From assembly GCA_963813305.1 (NCBI GenBank), contig CAWEYP010000012.1, positions 11,601 through 75,600 on the forward strand: 64,000 nucleotides of DNA. The letters run 5' to 3'. The notes beneath the pieces are model-generated. The model saw nothing but the letters and a program-made list of their open reading frames with translations. It was not told the origin of the DNA and searched no databases. This document shows positions 41,023 through 49,321 of this stretch, in pieces (position 1 is the stretch's first letter; each line of letters starts with the position of its first letter). This stretch comes from an uncultured Chloroflexia bacterium (lineage in GTDB: Bacteria > Chloroflexota > Limnocylindria > Limnocylindrales > CSP1-4). The position numbers and the translations under genes were made by a program.

Positions 41023-42113
41023 GTGAGCACCGAGATCGAGCAGCCCGCCGCCCGCGGGCCGAAGACGCAGTGGCGCCTCGACGCCGACACCGGGAGCCTC
41101 GTGCCCCGCTCGGCGCTCGACGTGCTCGTCAACCTGAACGACCGGATCACGTCCGGCGACCTCTCCGACTACCAGCCGATCCCGCTGGGCTTCACGCCCC
41201 TCGACAAGACGATCGGCGCCGGGCATCCGTCCCGGTGAGCTGTTCCTCATCGGCGGGGCGCAGGGCACCGGCAAGACGACGATGGCCCTCCAGATGGCCC
41301 GCAACGTGGCGTCCGGCGGCCAGGCCAACGTGCTCTACATCTGCTTCGAGCACGAGGAGCACTACCTCCTCAATCGGCTGATCGCCATGGAGTCGGCGCT
41401 GGCCCACCTGCCGCACAAGACCGGGGCGATCAAGATCCAGGACGTGCGGCGCGAGATCCTCGGCTCGTGGGTCGCCGAGGGGCAGGGCGGAACCGGGCCC
41501 GCAGCTCGCCTCGAACCCGCGGCTGCGACCGAGCCTCGACCGGATCGGGCGCTACGGCCAGAACCTGTTCCTGATGCGCGGGACCCAGACCGCGAGCACC
41601 GTCGACAACATCCGGCGCCTGGTGCAGATGCACAAGGACCTCTCCGGCGGCCGCCAGCTGCTCGTGTTCGTCGACTACCTGCAGAAGGTGCCGCTGATCC
41701 CGGAGCCGAACACGGAGTCGGAGAAGGTCACGATCGTCGTCAACGGCCTCAAGGACATCGCGCTCACCGAGCAGGTCGGGATGATCGCGATCGTGGCGGC
41801 TGACAAGGAGGGCCTCAAGGCGGCCCGGCTCCGCAACCACCACCTGCGCGGCTCGTCGGCCATCAACTACGAGGCCGACATCATCGTGATCCTCAACGAG
41901 AAGTACCACATCGTCGCCAAGGTCAACATCGAGTTCAACCCGTACCAGGCGCAGCGCTTCCGCGACTGGGTGGTGCTCTCGGTGGAGAAGAACCGCGGTG
42001 GCCAGGACAACGTCGACCTCGAGTACGAGAAGCACTTCGAGTTCTCCTGCTTCGACCCCAGCGGCCGAACGGTGCAGGAGAAGCTGATCGAGGAGCGCCT
42101 CTACAACGAGTAG
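41023..42113 (+). pseudogene. Stand-alone DnaB-C-terminal-like / KaiC-RadA-type RecA-fold ATPase, at least 2 frameshifts
   Basis: Walker A is ELFLIGGAQGTGKTTMALQMA and Walker B is LLVFVDYLQKV. LRGSSAINYEADIIVIL and VEKNRGGQ resemble DnaB motifs H3/H4. There is no DnaB N-terminal domain. Confidence 0.7.
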
Positions 42114-42120
42114 CGGCGCC

Positions 42121-42275
42121 GCTGATGCGGCGTTCGCGTGCGTTGTCGCCTGCGGTTCTCGCTCACGCACCTTGGGTGCGCTCGCTCCGGTCCTCGACTC
42201 CGCCTTCGCGCACGCTCGCCTGAGCGGCGCGGCTTCGTCACGGCTGATGCGGCGTTCGCGTGCGTTGTCGCCTGC
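42121..42275. repeat. 33-bp perfect direct repeat pair (42121-42153 and 42243-42275) flanking an 89-bp spacer
   Basis: GCTGATGCGGCGTTCGCGTGCGTTGTCGCCTGC occurs twice, 122 bp apart, in the intergenic region between the DnaB-C-like gene and ppa. Confidence 0.9.
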
Positions 42276-42322
42276 CGTCCCGCGGGTCGCCGGAGGGGCT
42301 GCCCCGCGAGGGCCGCGTGCCG

Positions 42323-42328
42323 TATCGT
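42323..42328 (+). promoter_or_regulatory. -10-like hexamer TATCGT, 6 nt upstream of ATG 42335 (leaderless candidate)
   Basis: ccgTATCGTgtcgccATG. Confidence 0.45.
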
Positions 42329-42334
42329 GTCGCC

Positions 42335-42859
42335 ATGACCGAGCAGCACGAGGCCGCGTTCCCGGAAGTCGTCGAGATCGTCGTCGAGATCCCACGGGGG
42401 AGCCGCAACAAGTACGAGTTCGACGAGGAGGCCGGCGTCTTCCGGCTGAACCGGGTCCTGTCGTCCGCCGTCTTCTACAACTTCGACTACGGCTTCATCG
42501 AGGGGACCCGCGCCGACGACGGCGACCACACCGACGCCCTCCTCGTGATCGACGAGCCGACCTTCACGGGATGCCACGTCTGGGCCCGCCCGATCGGCGG
42601 CCTGGAGATGCGCGACGAGATGGGCTTCGACTTCAAGGTCCTGTGCGTCGCGATCGGCGACCCGCACCAGGCCCACATCGAGCGCCTGGAGCAGGTGCGG
42701 CCGCACCGCCTGGTCGAGATCGAGCACTTCTTCGAGACCTACAAGCTCCTGGAGAACAAGGCGACCGACGTGGTCGGCTGGCGCGACCGGGAGCGGGCCC
42801 TCGAGGTCCTGCGGGCCGACCGCGAGGCATGGCGACGGGAGCGGGCCGACGGCCGCTGA
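42335..42859 (+). CDS. ppa: Inorganic pyrophosphatase (family I)
   Basis: Motifs are VVEIPRGSRNKYEFD, YGFIEGTRADDGDHTDALL and DFKVLCV. The ORF is intact. Confidence 0.95.
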   Translation: MTEQHEAAFPEVVEIVVEIPRGSRNKYEFDEEAGVFRLNRVLSSAVFYNFDYGFIEGTRADDGDHTDALLVIDEPTFTGCHVWARPIGGLEMRDEMGFDFKVLCVAIGDPHQAHIERLEQVRPHRLVEIEHFFETYKLLENKATDVVGWRDRERALEVLRADREAWRRERADGR

Positions 42860-42920
42860 GCATCGCGGCGGCGGGCGCTGGCGCTACCCGCCCGGGGAGC
42901 CCGGCGACCTTCGCGTCTTC

Positions 42921-43514
42921 GTGGCCGTCCCCCTCGGCGACGCGGCCCGCGACGCGGTCCGGGCCCTGGTCGACGCGGTCGCCACGGACCCGCGCGTGCC
43001 CGCCGCGGGGCGGCTCCGCTGGGCCGTCACGGAGAACCTGCACCTGACGATCCGGTTCCTCGGCCCGACTCCGCCGGATCGCGTGCCCGACGTCGCGGCC
43101 GCGGCCGAGGCGGCCGCCGCAAGCCTGGCGCCGTTCGCGGTGCGGATCGGCGGCGCAGGCGCCTTCCCGACGGCGGCGCGGCCCCGCGTCGTCTGGCTCG
43201 GGATCCCCGCCGGGACGCCGGAGCTGACCGAGCTCGCCGCCGCGCTCGGCGATCAGATGGCGGAACGCGGCTGGCCGCGCGACGAGCGTCCGTTCCGCGT
43301 CCATCTCACGCTGGCGCGCGCCGACGGGATCACGGGCGCGGCCGGCGCGGTCGCGGCGCTCACGGAGGCGGCGGCCGGGCTGGATGCCGCGTGGACGGCC
43401 GACCGGCTCGTCGTCTACCGGAGCGAGCTGGGTCGCGGCGCGCCCCGCTACCTCCCGCTGGCGACGTCCCTGCTGCGCGCGGACGCCTTGCACGGACGAC
43501 CGTCGCTGGGGTAG
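42921..43514 (+). CDS. thpR: RNA 2',3'-cyclic phosphodiesterase (2'-5' RNA ligase family, ThpR/LigT)
   Basis: It has two HxT motifs, HLTIRFLG and HLTLARA. The expected N-terminal RVFVAVPL extends upstream of GTG 42921 without an in-frame start, so the true start is uncertain. Confidence 0.8.
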   Translation: MAVPLGDAARDAVRALVDAVATDPRVPAAGRLRWAVTENLHLTIRFLGPTPPDRVPDVAAAAEAAAASLAPFAVRIGGAGAFPTAARPRVVWLGIPAGTPELTELAAALGDQMAERGWPRDERPFRVHLTLARADGITGAAGAVAALTEAAAGLDAAWTADRLVVYRSELGRGAPRYLPLATSLLRADALHGRPSLG

Positions 43515-43588
43515 CCTCGGCACCCGGCCACGCCGCGGCGGCTGGCCGGCGACTCGCGACCACCGACCCTGCCCCCAGGAGGCGACCA

Positions 43589-44953
43589 GTGGCGACCGAT
43601 CAGACGAAGTTCGTGCTCGACGAGGACCGCATCCCGCGCTCCTGGTACAACATCGTGGCCGACCTCCCCGTCCCGCCGGCGCCGGTCCTTCACCCGGGGA
43701 CCATGCAGCCCATCGGGCCCGCCGACCTGGCCCCGCTCTTCCCGATGGCGATCATCGCCCAGGAGGTCAGCGCGGACCGGGCGATCGAGATCCCGGACCC
43801 GGTTCGCGAGGCGTATCGGCTCTACCGCCCGAGCCCCCTCTATCGGGCGCGGCGGCTGGAGAAGGTCCTCGATACGCCCGCCCACATCTACTACAAGTAC
43901 GAGGGCGTGAGCCCGGGCGGCAGCCACAAGCCCAACACCGCGATCGCCCAGGCCTTCTACAACAAGGAGGAGGGCGTCACGCGCCTCGCGACGGAGACCG
44001 GTGCCGGCCAGTGGGGGACGGCCCTGTCGATCGCCGGGGCGCTGTTCGGCCTCGAGGTCAAGGTCTACATGGTCCGGGCGAGCTACGACCAGAAGCCGTA
44101 TCGCCGGATGCTCATGGAGGCGTACGGTGCGTCGGTGGTCGCGAGCCCGTCGCCGACGACGGAGGTCGGCCGCAGGATGCTCGCGGAGTGGCCCGACAAC
44201 CCGGGCTCGCTCGGCCTTGCCATCAGCGAGGCCGTCGAGGACGCAGCCATGCGCGAGGACACGAAGTACTCGCTGGGCTCCGTGCTCAACCATGTCCTGC
44301 TGCACCAGACGGTCGTCGGCCTCGAGGCGCTCGAGCAGTTCGCGCTGGCCGGGGAGGAGCCTGACATCCTCATCGCCTGCACCGGCGGCGGCTCCAACTT
44401 CGGCGGATTCACGTTCCCGTTCATCGGGCGCAACCTCCGCGGCGAGTCGTCGGTGCGGGTGATCGCGGCCGAACCCGAGGCGGCGCCGTCGCTGACCCGC
44501 GGCGTCTACGCGTTCGACTACGGGGACACGGCCAAGATGTCACCCATCGTCAAGATGTACACGCTCGGCCACGGCTTCATGCCGGAGCCGATCCACGCCG
44601 GCGGGCTGCGCTACCACGGGATGTCGCCGCTGGTCAGCCTCCTCAAGGACCAGGGCCTCATCGAGGCCCGGGCGATCCACCAGAACGCCAGCTTTGCCGC
44701 CGGCGTGCAGTTCGCCAGGAGCGAGGCCATCCTGCCGGCGCCCGAGTCGAACCATGCGATCCGGGTGGCCATCGACGAGGCGCTGCGCTGCCGCGAAGAG
44801 GGCGTCTCGCGGGTCATCGCCTTCAACCTGTCGGGGCACGGGCACTTCGACCTCTCGGCCTACGAGAAGTACCTCGCGGGCTCGCTCGAGGACTACGAGT
44901 ACCCCGCCGAGGCCGTCGCCGCGGCCCTGCGCGAGCTCCCCGTCGTCGGCTGA
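43589..44953 (+). CDS. trpB2: TrpB2-type tryptophan synthase beta-like PLP enzyme
   Basis: GTG 43589 follows AGGAGG. The PLP lysine is in GGSHKPNTA, the N-terminus is the long TrpB2-type (IPRSWYNIVADLP), and GGGSNFGG is present. Intact 454 aa. Confidence 0.9.
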   Translation: MATDQTKFVLDEDRIPRSWYNIVADLPVPPAPVLHPGTMQPIGPADLAPLFPMAIIAQEVSADRAIEIPDPVREAYRLYRPSPLYRARRLEKVLDTPAHIYYKYEGVSPGGSHKPNTAIAQAFYNKEEGVTRLATETGAGQWGTALSIAGALFGLEVKVYMVRASYDQKPYRRMLMEAYGASVVASPSPTTEVGRRMLAEWPDNPGSLGLAISEAVEDAAMREDTKYSLGSVLNHVLLHQTVVGLEALEQFALAGEEPDILIACTGGGSNFGGFTFPFIGRNLRGESSVRVIAAEPEAAPSLTRGVYAFDYGDTAKMSPIVKMYTLGHGFMPEPIHAGGLRYHGMSPLVSLLKDQGLIEARAIHQNASFAAGVQFARSEAILPAPESNHAIRVAIDEALRCREEGVSRVIAFNLSGHGHFDLSAYEKYLAGSLEDYEYPAEAVAAALRELPVVG

Positions 44954-45025
44954 CGCCGGGCGGAGGGGCGCTCCGCCACGCCGCCCAGGCGCCTGAAGCG
45001 CCCGCCCGCCTCGGCGCGCGCGGCG

Positions 45026-45031
45026 TAGGAT
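45026..45031 (+). promoter_or_regulatory. -10-like hexamer TAGGAT, 6 nt upstream of ATG 45038 (leaderless candidate)
   Basis: gcgTAGGATgaggtcATG. Confidence 0.45.
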
Positions 45032-45037
45032 GAGGTC

Positions 45038-45283
45038 ATGCCTCGCCTCGCCTGCTGGAGCTGCGGCCGCCAGATCTACGCGACACAGCCGCTCGGGTCG
45101 CTCTTCTTCGAGGAGCGACGCTGCCCGCGCTGCGGGGCCCCGATGAACCTGGACCGTCGCGACATCGAGCGGCGCGAGTGGATCCGGCGCCAGAACCCGC
45201 CGAACGATCCGGGGCCACCTGCCGGCGAGGGCGAGCGCCGCGTGGCCGAGCGCAGGCGCGGCCGGCGGCGACAGCCGACGTGA
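45038..45283 (+). CDS. Small zinc-ribbon protein with a basic tail (hypothetical, 81 aa)
   Basis: CWSCGRQ...RCPRCGAP gives a CxxC-N19-CxxC pattern, and the C-terminus is Arg-rich. Its stop overlaps the tyrA start (GTGA). Confidence 0.5.
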   Translation: MPRLACWSCGRQIYATQPLGSLFFEERRCPRCGAPMNLDRRDIERREWIRRQNPPNDPGPPAGEGERRVAERRRGRRRQPT

Positions 45284-46168
45284 CCGACGCGCGCGTCGCG
45301 CTGCTGGGCCTCGGGCTCATCGGCGGCTCGCTGGCGCGTGCGCTCCAGCGCAGCGGGCTGGCCCGTGCGCGCGTGGACGCCGAGCGGGGACGGGCCGCGC
45401 GCCGCCCTCGCCGCCGGGGTCATCGATTCGGCGGCCGGCTCGCTCGAAGGCGCCGTCCGGGGCGCCGACCTGGTGGTCCTCGCGGCGCCGCCGAGCGCCT
45501 GTCTCGACCTGCTGGCCGAGCTCGCCCGCAGCGCTCGCGACGTGCTCCCCCCGGGGACGGTGATCACGGACGTCGCCAGCACCAAGGTCCTGCTCGTCGA
45601 GCGGGCGGCCGAGCTGGGGCTCCGGTTCGTCGGGGGCCACCCGATGGCGGGCCGCGAGACGAGCGGGTTCGGCGCCGCCGACGCCGATCTCTTCCGGGGC
45701 CGGCCCTGGGTCGTCGTGCCGCCCGAACCCGCCGACGAGGCCGCGATCCGCGCGGTGGAGGCGCTCGCGGCTGCCTGCGGGGCGCTCCCGGTGCGGTTGA
45801 CCGCCGCCGACCACGACGCGGCCGTGGCGGCGATCAGCCACGCGCCGCTCGTGCTTGCAGCCGCCCTCGTCGAGGCGATGGCCGGGGGACCGGGGGAGCC
45901 GGGCGCCGCCGGATGGGAGACGGCCGCCCGCCTGGCGTCGAGTGGCTGGGCTGGCGCCACGCGGCTGGCGCGCGGGGACCCGGCGATGGGCGCCGGGATC
46001 GCCCGGACCAACGCCGTTCCGCTCGCCGGTCACCTGCGCAGCGTCCGCGACCGGCTCGACGAGTGGCTCGACCTCCTCGAGGCGACAGGACCCGACGGCC
46101 TCCCCGACGAGGCAGGCCTTCGAGCCCGGCTCGCCGCTGCGCGGGCGCGCCTCGAGGACGCGGAGTGA
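45280..46168 (+). pseudogene. tyrA: Prephenate/arogenate dehydrogenase, one frameshift near 45355
   Basis: The NAD motif is RVALLGLGLIGGSLARAL. Later motifs are VITDVASTK, FVGGHPMAG and AISHAPLVLAAAL. Confidence 0.8.
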
Positions 46169-46797
46169 GCGAGGAGCAGGTTCTCGTCGTGCCGCGCGAC
46201 CGGATCATGGGCTCCGGCGGCTGGCGCGGCATCCTGGCGCCGGGTGCGGCGCCGTACCTGGACGTCATCGCCGCCGAGGGCCGCTTCGCGCCGCGGGCGG
46301 CGATGGAGCGCGACCCGCGCTTCAAGCAGGTCATCCCGTACCTCGTCCTGCGCGACCGGGGCCGCTACTTCCTGATGCGACGCACCCGCGCGGGGGGCGA
46401 CGAGCGGCTCCACGATCGCTTCTCGATCGGCGTCGGCGGCCACCTCAACCCGGGGGACGCCGACCTCGCCGGCGGGCTCGTCCGCGAGTGGAACGAGGAG
46501 CTGGCGGCGGACTTCGTGCCCGAGTTCCGCCTGCTCGGGCTGCTCAACGACGACGAGACCGACGTCGGCCGGGTCCACCTCGGCGTCGTGTACCTGGCCG
46601 ATGCCGAGGGCCGCCAGGTCACCGTTCGGGAGACGGAGAAGCTCGAGGGGACGTTCGCCGCCCCGTCCGCGCTGCTGGCCGTCTATGACCGGATGGAGAC
46701 CTGGAGCCAGCTGGTGTTCGACTTCGTGAGCGGCCGCGCGGCGGGCATCCGCGGCGAGGGGTCGCGAAGCGGGAACCAAACCCTGCGCGGGTCCTGA
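46165..46797 (+). CDS. NUDIX-fold hydrolase-like protein
   Basis: GTG 46165 overlaps the tyrA stop (GTGA). The Nudix-box-like segment is GVGGHLNPGDADLAGGLVREWNEELAA. Confidence 0.55.
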   Translation: MSEEQVLVVPRDRIMGSGGWRGILAPGAAPYLDVIAAEGRFAPRAAMERDPRFKQVIPYLVLRDRGRYFLMRRTRAGGDERLHDRFSIGVGGHLNPGDADLAGGLVREWNEELAADFVPEFRLLGLLNDDETDVGRVHLGVVYLADAEGRQVTVRETEKLEGTFAAPSALLAVYDRMETWSQLVFDFVSGRAAGIRGEGSRSGNQTLRGS

Positions 46798-46828
46798 CAC
46801 CCGGCACTGTCGGACCGCTCCACTGCGG

Positions 46829-48220
46829 ATGCGATACTTGCGGCGAGCAAGCATGCTGCGACGCCTGGCGACCCTCGCGCGCCTCCTCCCGCTCGTGCCC
46901 CTCGGGCTCGGGACGGTCGGCCTCGTGCTGGGGGCCGTCGCGCCGGTGCGCGCCGCCGACGGGAGCGGGGAGGCCTGGGTGCTGCCGACGACGGGCGTGG
47001 TGGACGCCGTCATGGCGGGCTATCTCTCCGACGGCGTGGCCAAGGCCGCCCGCGAGGGCGCCGAGGTCGTGGTGGTCAAGCTGAACACGCCGGGCGGGAG
47101 CCTCGACGCCACCCAGCAGATCACGAGCACGTTCCTGGAGGCGGACCTGCCCGTCATCGTCTGGATCGCCCCGGCCGGCGGCCGGGCCGCCAGCGCCGGG
47201 ACGTTCATCACCCTGTCGGCGAACCTCGCCTGGATGGCGCCGGGGACCAACATCGGCGCCGCCAGCCCGATCTCGAGCAGCGGCGAGGACATCGGAGGGA
47301 CGCTGGGCGAGAAGGTCAAGAACGACGCCATCGCCAACATCACCGCCATCGCCCAGGCCCGCGGGCGCCCGGTCGACTGGGCGGTCTCGACGGTGAGCGA
47401 GGCGAAGAGCTACTCCGCGGAGGAGGCGGTGGCGGCCGGCGCCGTCGACGGAATCGCCGCGACGATCGAGGAGGTCCTGCGCGACGCAGACGGCCGGACC
47501 GTGACCGTCGCCGGCGGGCAGGCCGTCACCCTGGCGACCGCCGATGCCGTCCCCGTCGAGGTGCCGATGAACCCGCTCCAGGGGTTCCTGCACCTCCTCT
47601 CCGACCCGAACATCGCCTTCATCCTGTTCACGATCGGCTTCTACGGGCTGATCTTCGAGGTGCAGAACCCGAACTTCGCCACCGGGATCATCGGGGCCAT
47701 CTGCATCGTCCTGGCCTTCATCGGCTTCGGGAGCCTCCCCCTCAACGTCGCCGGACTGCTCCTGATCGGCATGGGCCTCGTCCTCGTCCTCCTCGAGACC
47801 CAGATCACCAGCCACGGCCTCCTCGCGGTCGGGGCCGTCATCTGCGTGGCGCTGGGCGCGGCCGCCCTCTACACCGAGCCCGGCACGCCGACCGCGCCCG
47901 ACGTCAGCGTGGCCCTGCCGGTTCTCCTTACCGTCGTCGGCACGACCGGCGCCTTCGCCGCCCTCATCACGGTCGTGGCCTACCGGAGCCGCCATGCGCC
48001 ACAGAGCCCCATCCTCGTCGGGTCGCTGCAGGTGGTGGGCCAGGGCGGAAAGGTTGCCCGGCCGATCGACCCCGTGGGCTCGGTCCTTGCCGTCGGCGAG
48101 GAGTGGACCGCCCGCAGCACCGACGGCCGCGCGATCCCGCGCGGCGCATCCATCCGGGTCGTCCGCGTGGACGGCCTCACCCTCTACGTCGAGCCGGCCG
48201 ACGCGGCGCCGGCAACCTGA
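46829..48220 (+). CDS. nfeD: NfeD-family membrane-bound ClpP-class serine protease
   Basis: It has a signal/TM N-terminus, the protease core VVVKLNTPGGSLDA...AGGRAASAGTFI, a TM bundle, and a C-terminal OB domain (GKVARPIDPVGSVLAVGEEWTARS). An alternative start is ATG 46853, downstream of GATACT (46833-46838). Confidence 0.85.
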   Translation: MRYLRRASMLRRLATLARLLPLVPLGLGTVGLVLGAVAPVRAADGSGEAWVLPTTGVVDAVMAGYLSDGVAKAAREGAEVVVVKLNTPGGSLDATQQITSTFLEADLPVIVWIAPAGGRAASAGTFITLSANLAWMAPGTNIGAASPISSSGEDIGGTLGEKVKNDAIANITAIAQARGRPVDWAVSTVSEAKSYSAEEAVAAGAVDGIAATIEEVLRDADGRTVTVAGGQAVTLATADAVPVEVPMNPLQGFLHLLSDPNIAFILFTIGFYGLIFEVQNPNFATGIIGAICIVLAFIGFGSLPLNVAGLLLIGMGLVLVLLETQITSHGLLAVGAVICVALGAAALYTEPGTPTAPDVSVALPVLLTVVGTTGAFAALITVVAYRSRHAPQSPILVGSLQVVGQGGKVARPIDPVGSVLAVGEEWTARSTDGRAIPRGASIRVVRVDGLTLYVEPADAAPAT

Positions 48221-48259
48221 CCAGTCCCGTCATCGCAGCAGTCGAAAAGGAGCCCGCCC

Positions 48260-49210
48260 GTGGAGCTCGGCATCACGATCGCCACGTTGGTCTTCCTCCT
48301 GGCCATCGTGCTGGTGATCCTGTACCTCTCGGTGCGGGTGGTCCAGCAGTACGAGAAGATGGTCGTCTTCCGTCTCGGCCGGACCAACGAGCACCTGGTC
48401 CGCGACCCGGGCCTGCGCTTCCTGATCCCGATCATCGACCGGCCCGTGAAGGTGGACATCCGCGAGCAGTTCATCGAGGTCCCGAGCCAGACGACGATCA
48501 CCAAGGACAACGCCCCGATCAACGTCGACTTCCTCATCTACTGGCGGATCAACGACCCGCTCAAGAGCATCGTCAACGTCGCCTACTTCGCCGGCGCCCT
48601 GCAGGGCGTCGCGACCACCACGCTGCGCGCCGTCATCGGCGACATCCTCCTCGACGAGGTGCTCTCCCGCCGCGAGCAGATCAACGAGGTCCTGCGCACG
48701 AAGCTCGACGAGGTCACCGAGCGCTGGGGCGGCAAGGTGACGACGGTCGAGATCCGCGAGATCACGCCGCCCCGCGACGTCCAGGAGGCGATGAACCGGC
48801 AGCTGTCCGCCGAGCGGACGCGGCGCGCCGTCATCACGGAATCCGAGGGGCGACGCCAGTCGGAGATCAACATCGCCGAGGGCGCCAAGCAGGCCGCCAT
48901 CCTGACCGCCGAGGGCGAGCGCCAGTCGAACATCCTGCGGGCGGAGGGCACGCGCCAGGCCCAGATCCTCAACGCCGAGGGCTTCGGCCAGGCCCTGGAG
49001 CGGATCTACGCCGCTGCCAGGACGATCGACGAGAAGACGATGCTGCTGCAGTACCTCGACGCCCTCAAGGTCATCGGGGCCAGCCCGTCGACGAAGTACG
49101 TCATCCCGGCCGAGTTCACCAAGCTCGTGGGTCCGCTCACGGCCGGGCTGGGCGCCGCGATCGCGGCCGGCTCACAGGCGGGGGAGGAGCCGTCCACGAC
49201 GGGCGCCTGA
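48260..49210 (+). CDS. SPFH/band-7 (stomatin/slipin-like) protein
   Basis: GTG 48260 follows AAGGAG. After the TM anchor comes VRVVQQYEKMVVFRLGR...IDRPVKVDIREQ, and the SPFH core is intact. Confidence 0.9.
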   Translation: MELGITIATLVFLLAIVLVILYLSVRVVQQYEKMVVFRLGRTNEHLVRDPGLRFLIPIIDRPVKVDIREQFIEVPSQTTITKDNAPINVDFLIYWRINDPLKSIVNVAYFAGALQGVATTTLRAVIGDILLDEVLSRREQINEVLRTKLDEVTERWGGKVTTVEIREITPPRDVQEAMNRQLSAERTRRAVITESEGRRQSEINIAEGAKQAAILTAEGERQSNILRAEGTRQAQILNAEGFGQALERIYAAARTIDEKTMLLQYLDALKVIGASPSTKYVIPAEFTKLVGPLTAGLGAAIAAGSQAGEEPSTTGA

Positions 49211-49223
49211 GCCTCCGAACGTT

Positions 49224-49266
49224 GGTACCACCGGGCGGGGGTCGACCGGGACCCCCGTCCGGTACC
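49224..49266 (+). terminator. Long imperfect GC hairpin after the SPFH gene (terminator or regulatory stem)
   Basis: In GGTACC-acc-GGGCGGGGGTC-gaccgg-GACCCCCGTCC-GGTACC an 11-bp stem (with one G-U) and a 6-bp stem are separated by a 3-nt bulge. There is no U tract. Confidence 0.4.
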
Positions 49267-49321
49267 ATAGGGCGCGTCCGGGCGCGCGACGTGCCGTCCC
49301 GGCCCAGCCAGAGAGGTCCGG

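Noticed and set aside
42121-42275. The 33-bp direct repeats and the 23470-23648 array as CRISPR arrays.
   Set aside because: The first has only two copies, with an 89-bp spacer. The second is a head-to-tail tandem with no unique spacers. There are no cas genes in the window, and the Cas4-like domain at 18100-19046 is part of a UvrD helicase.
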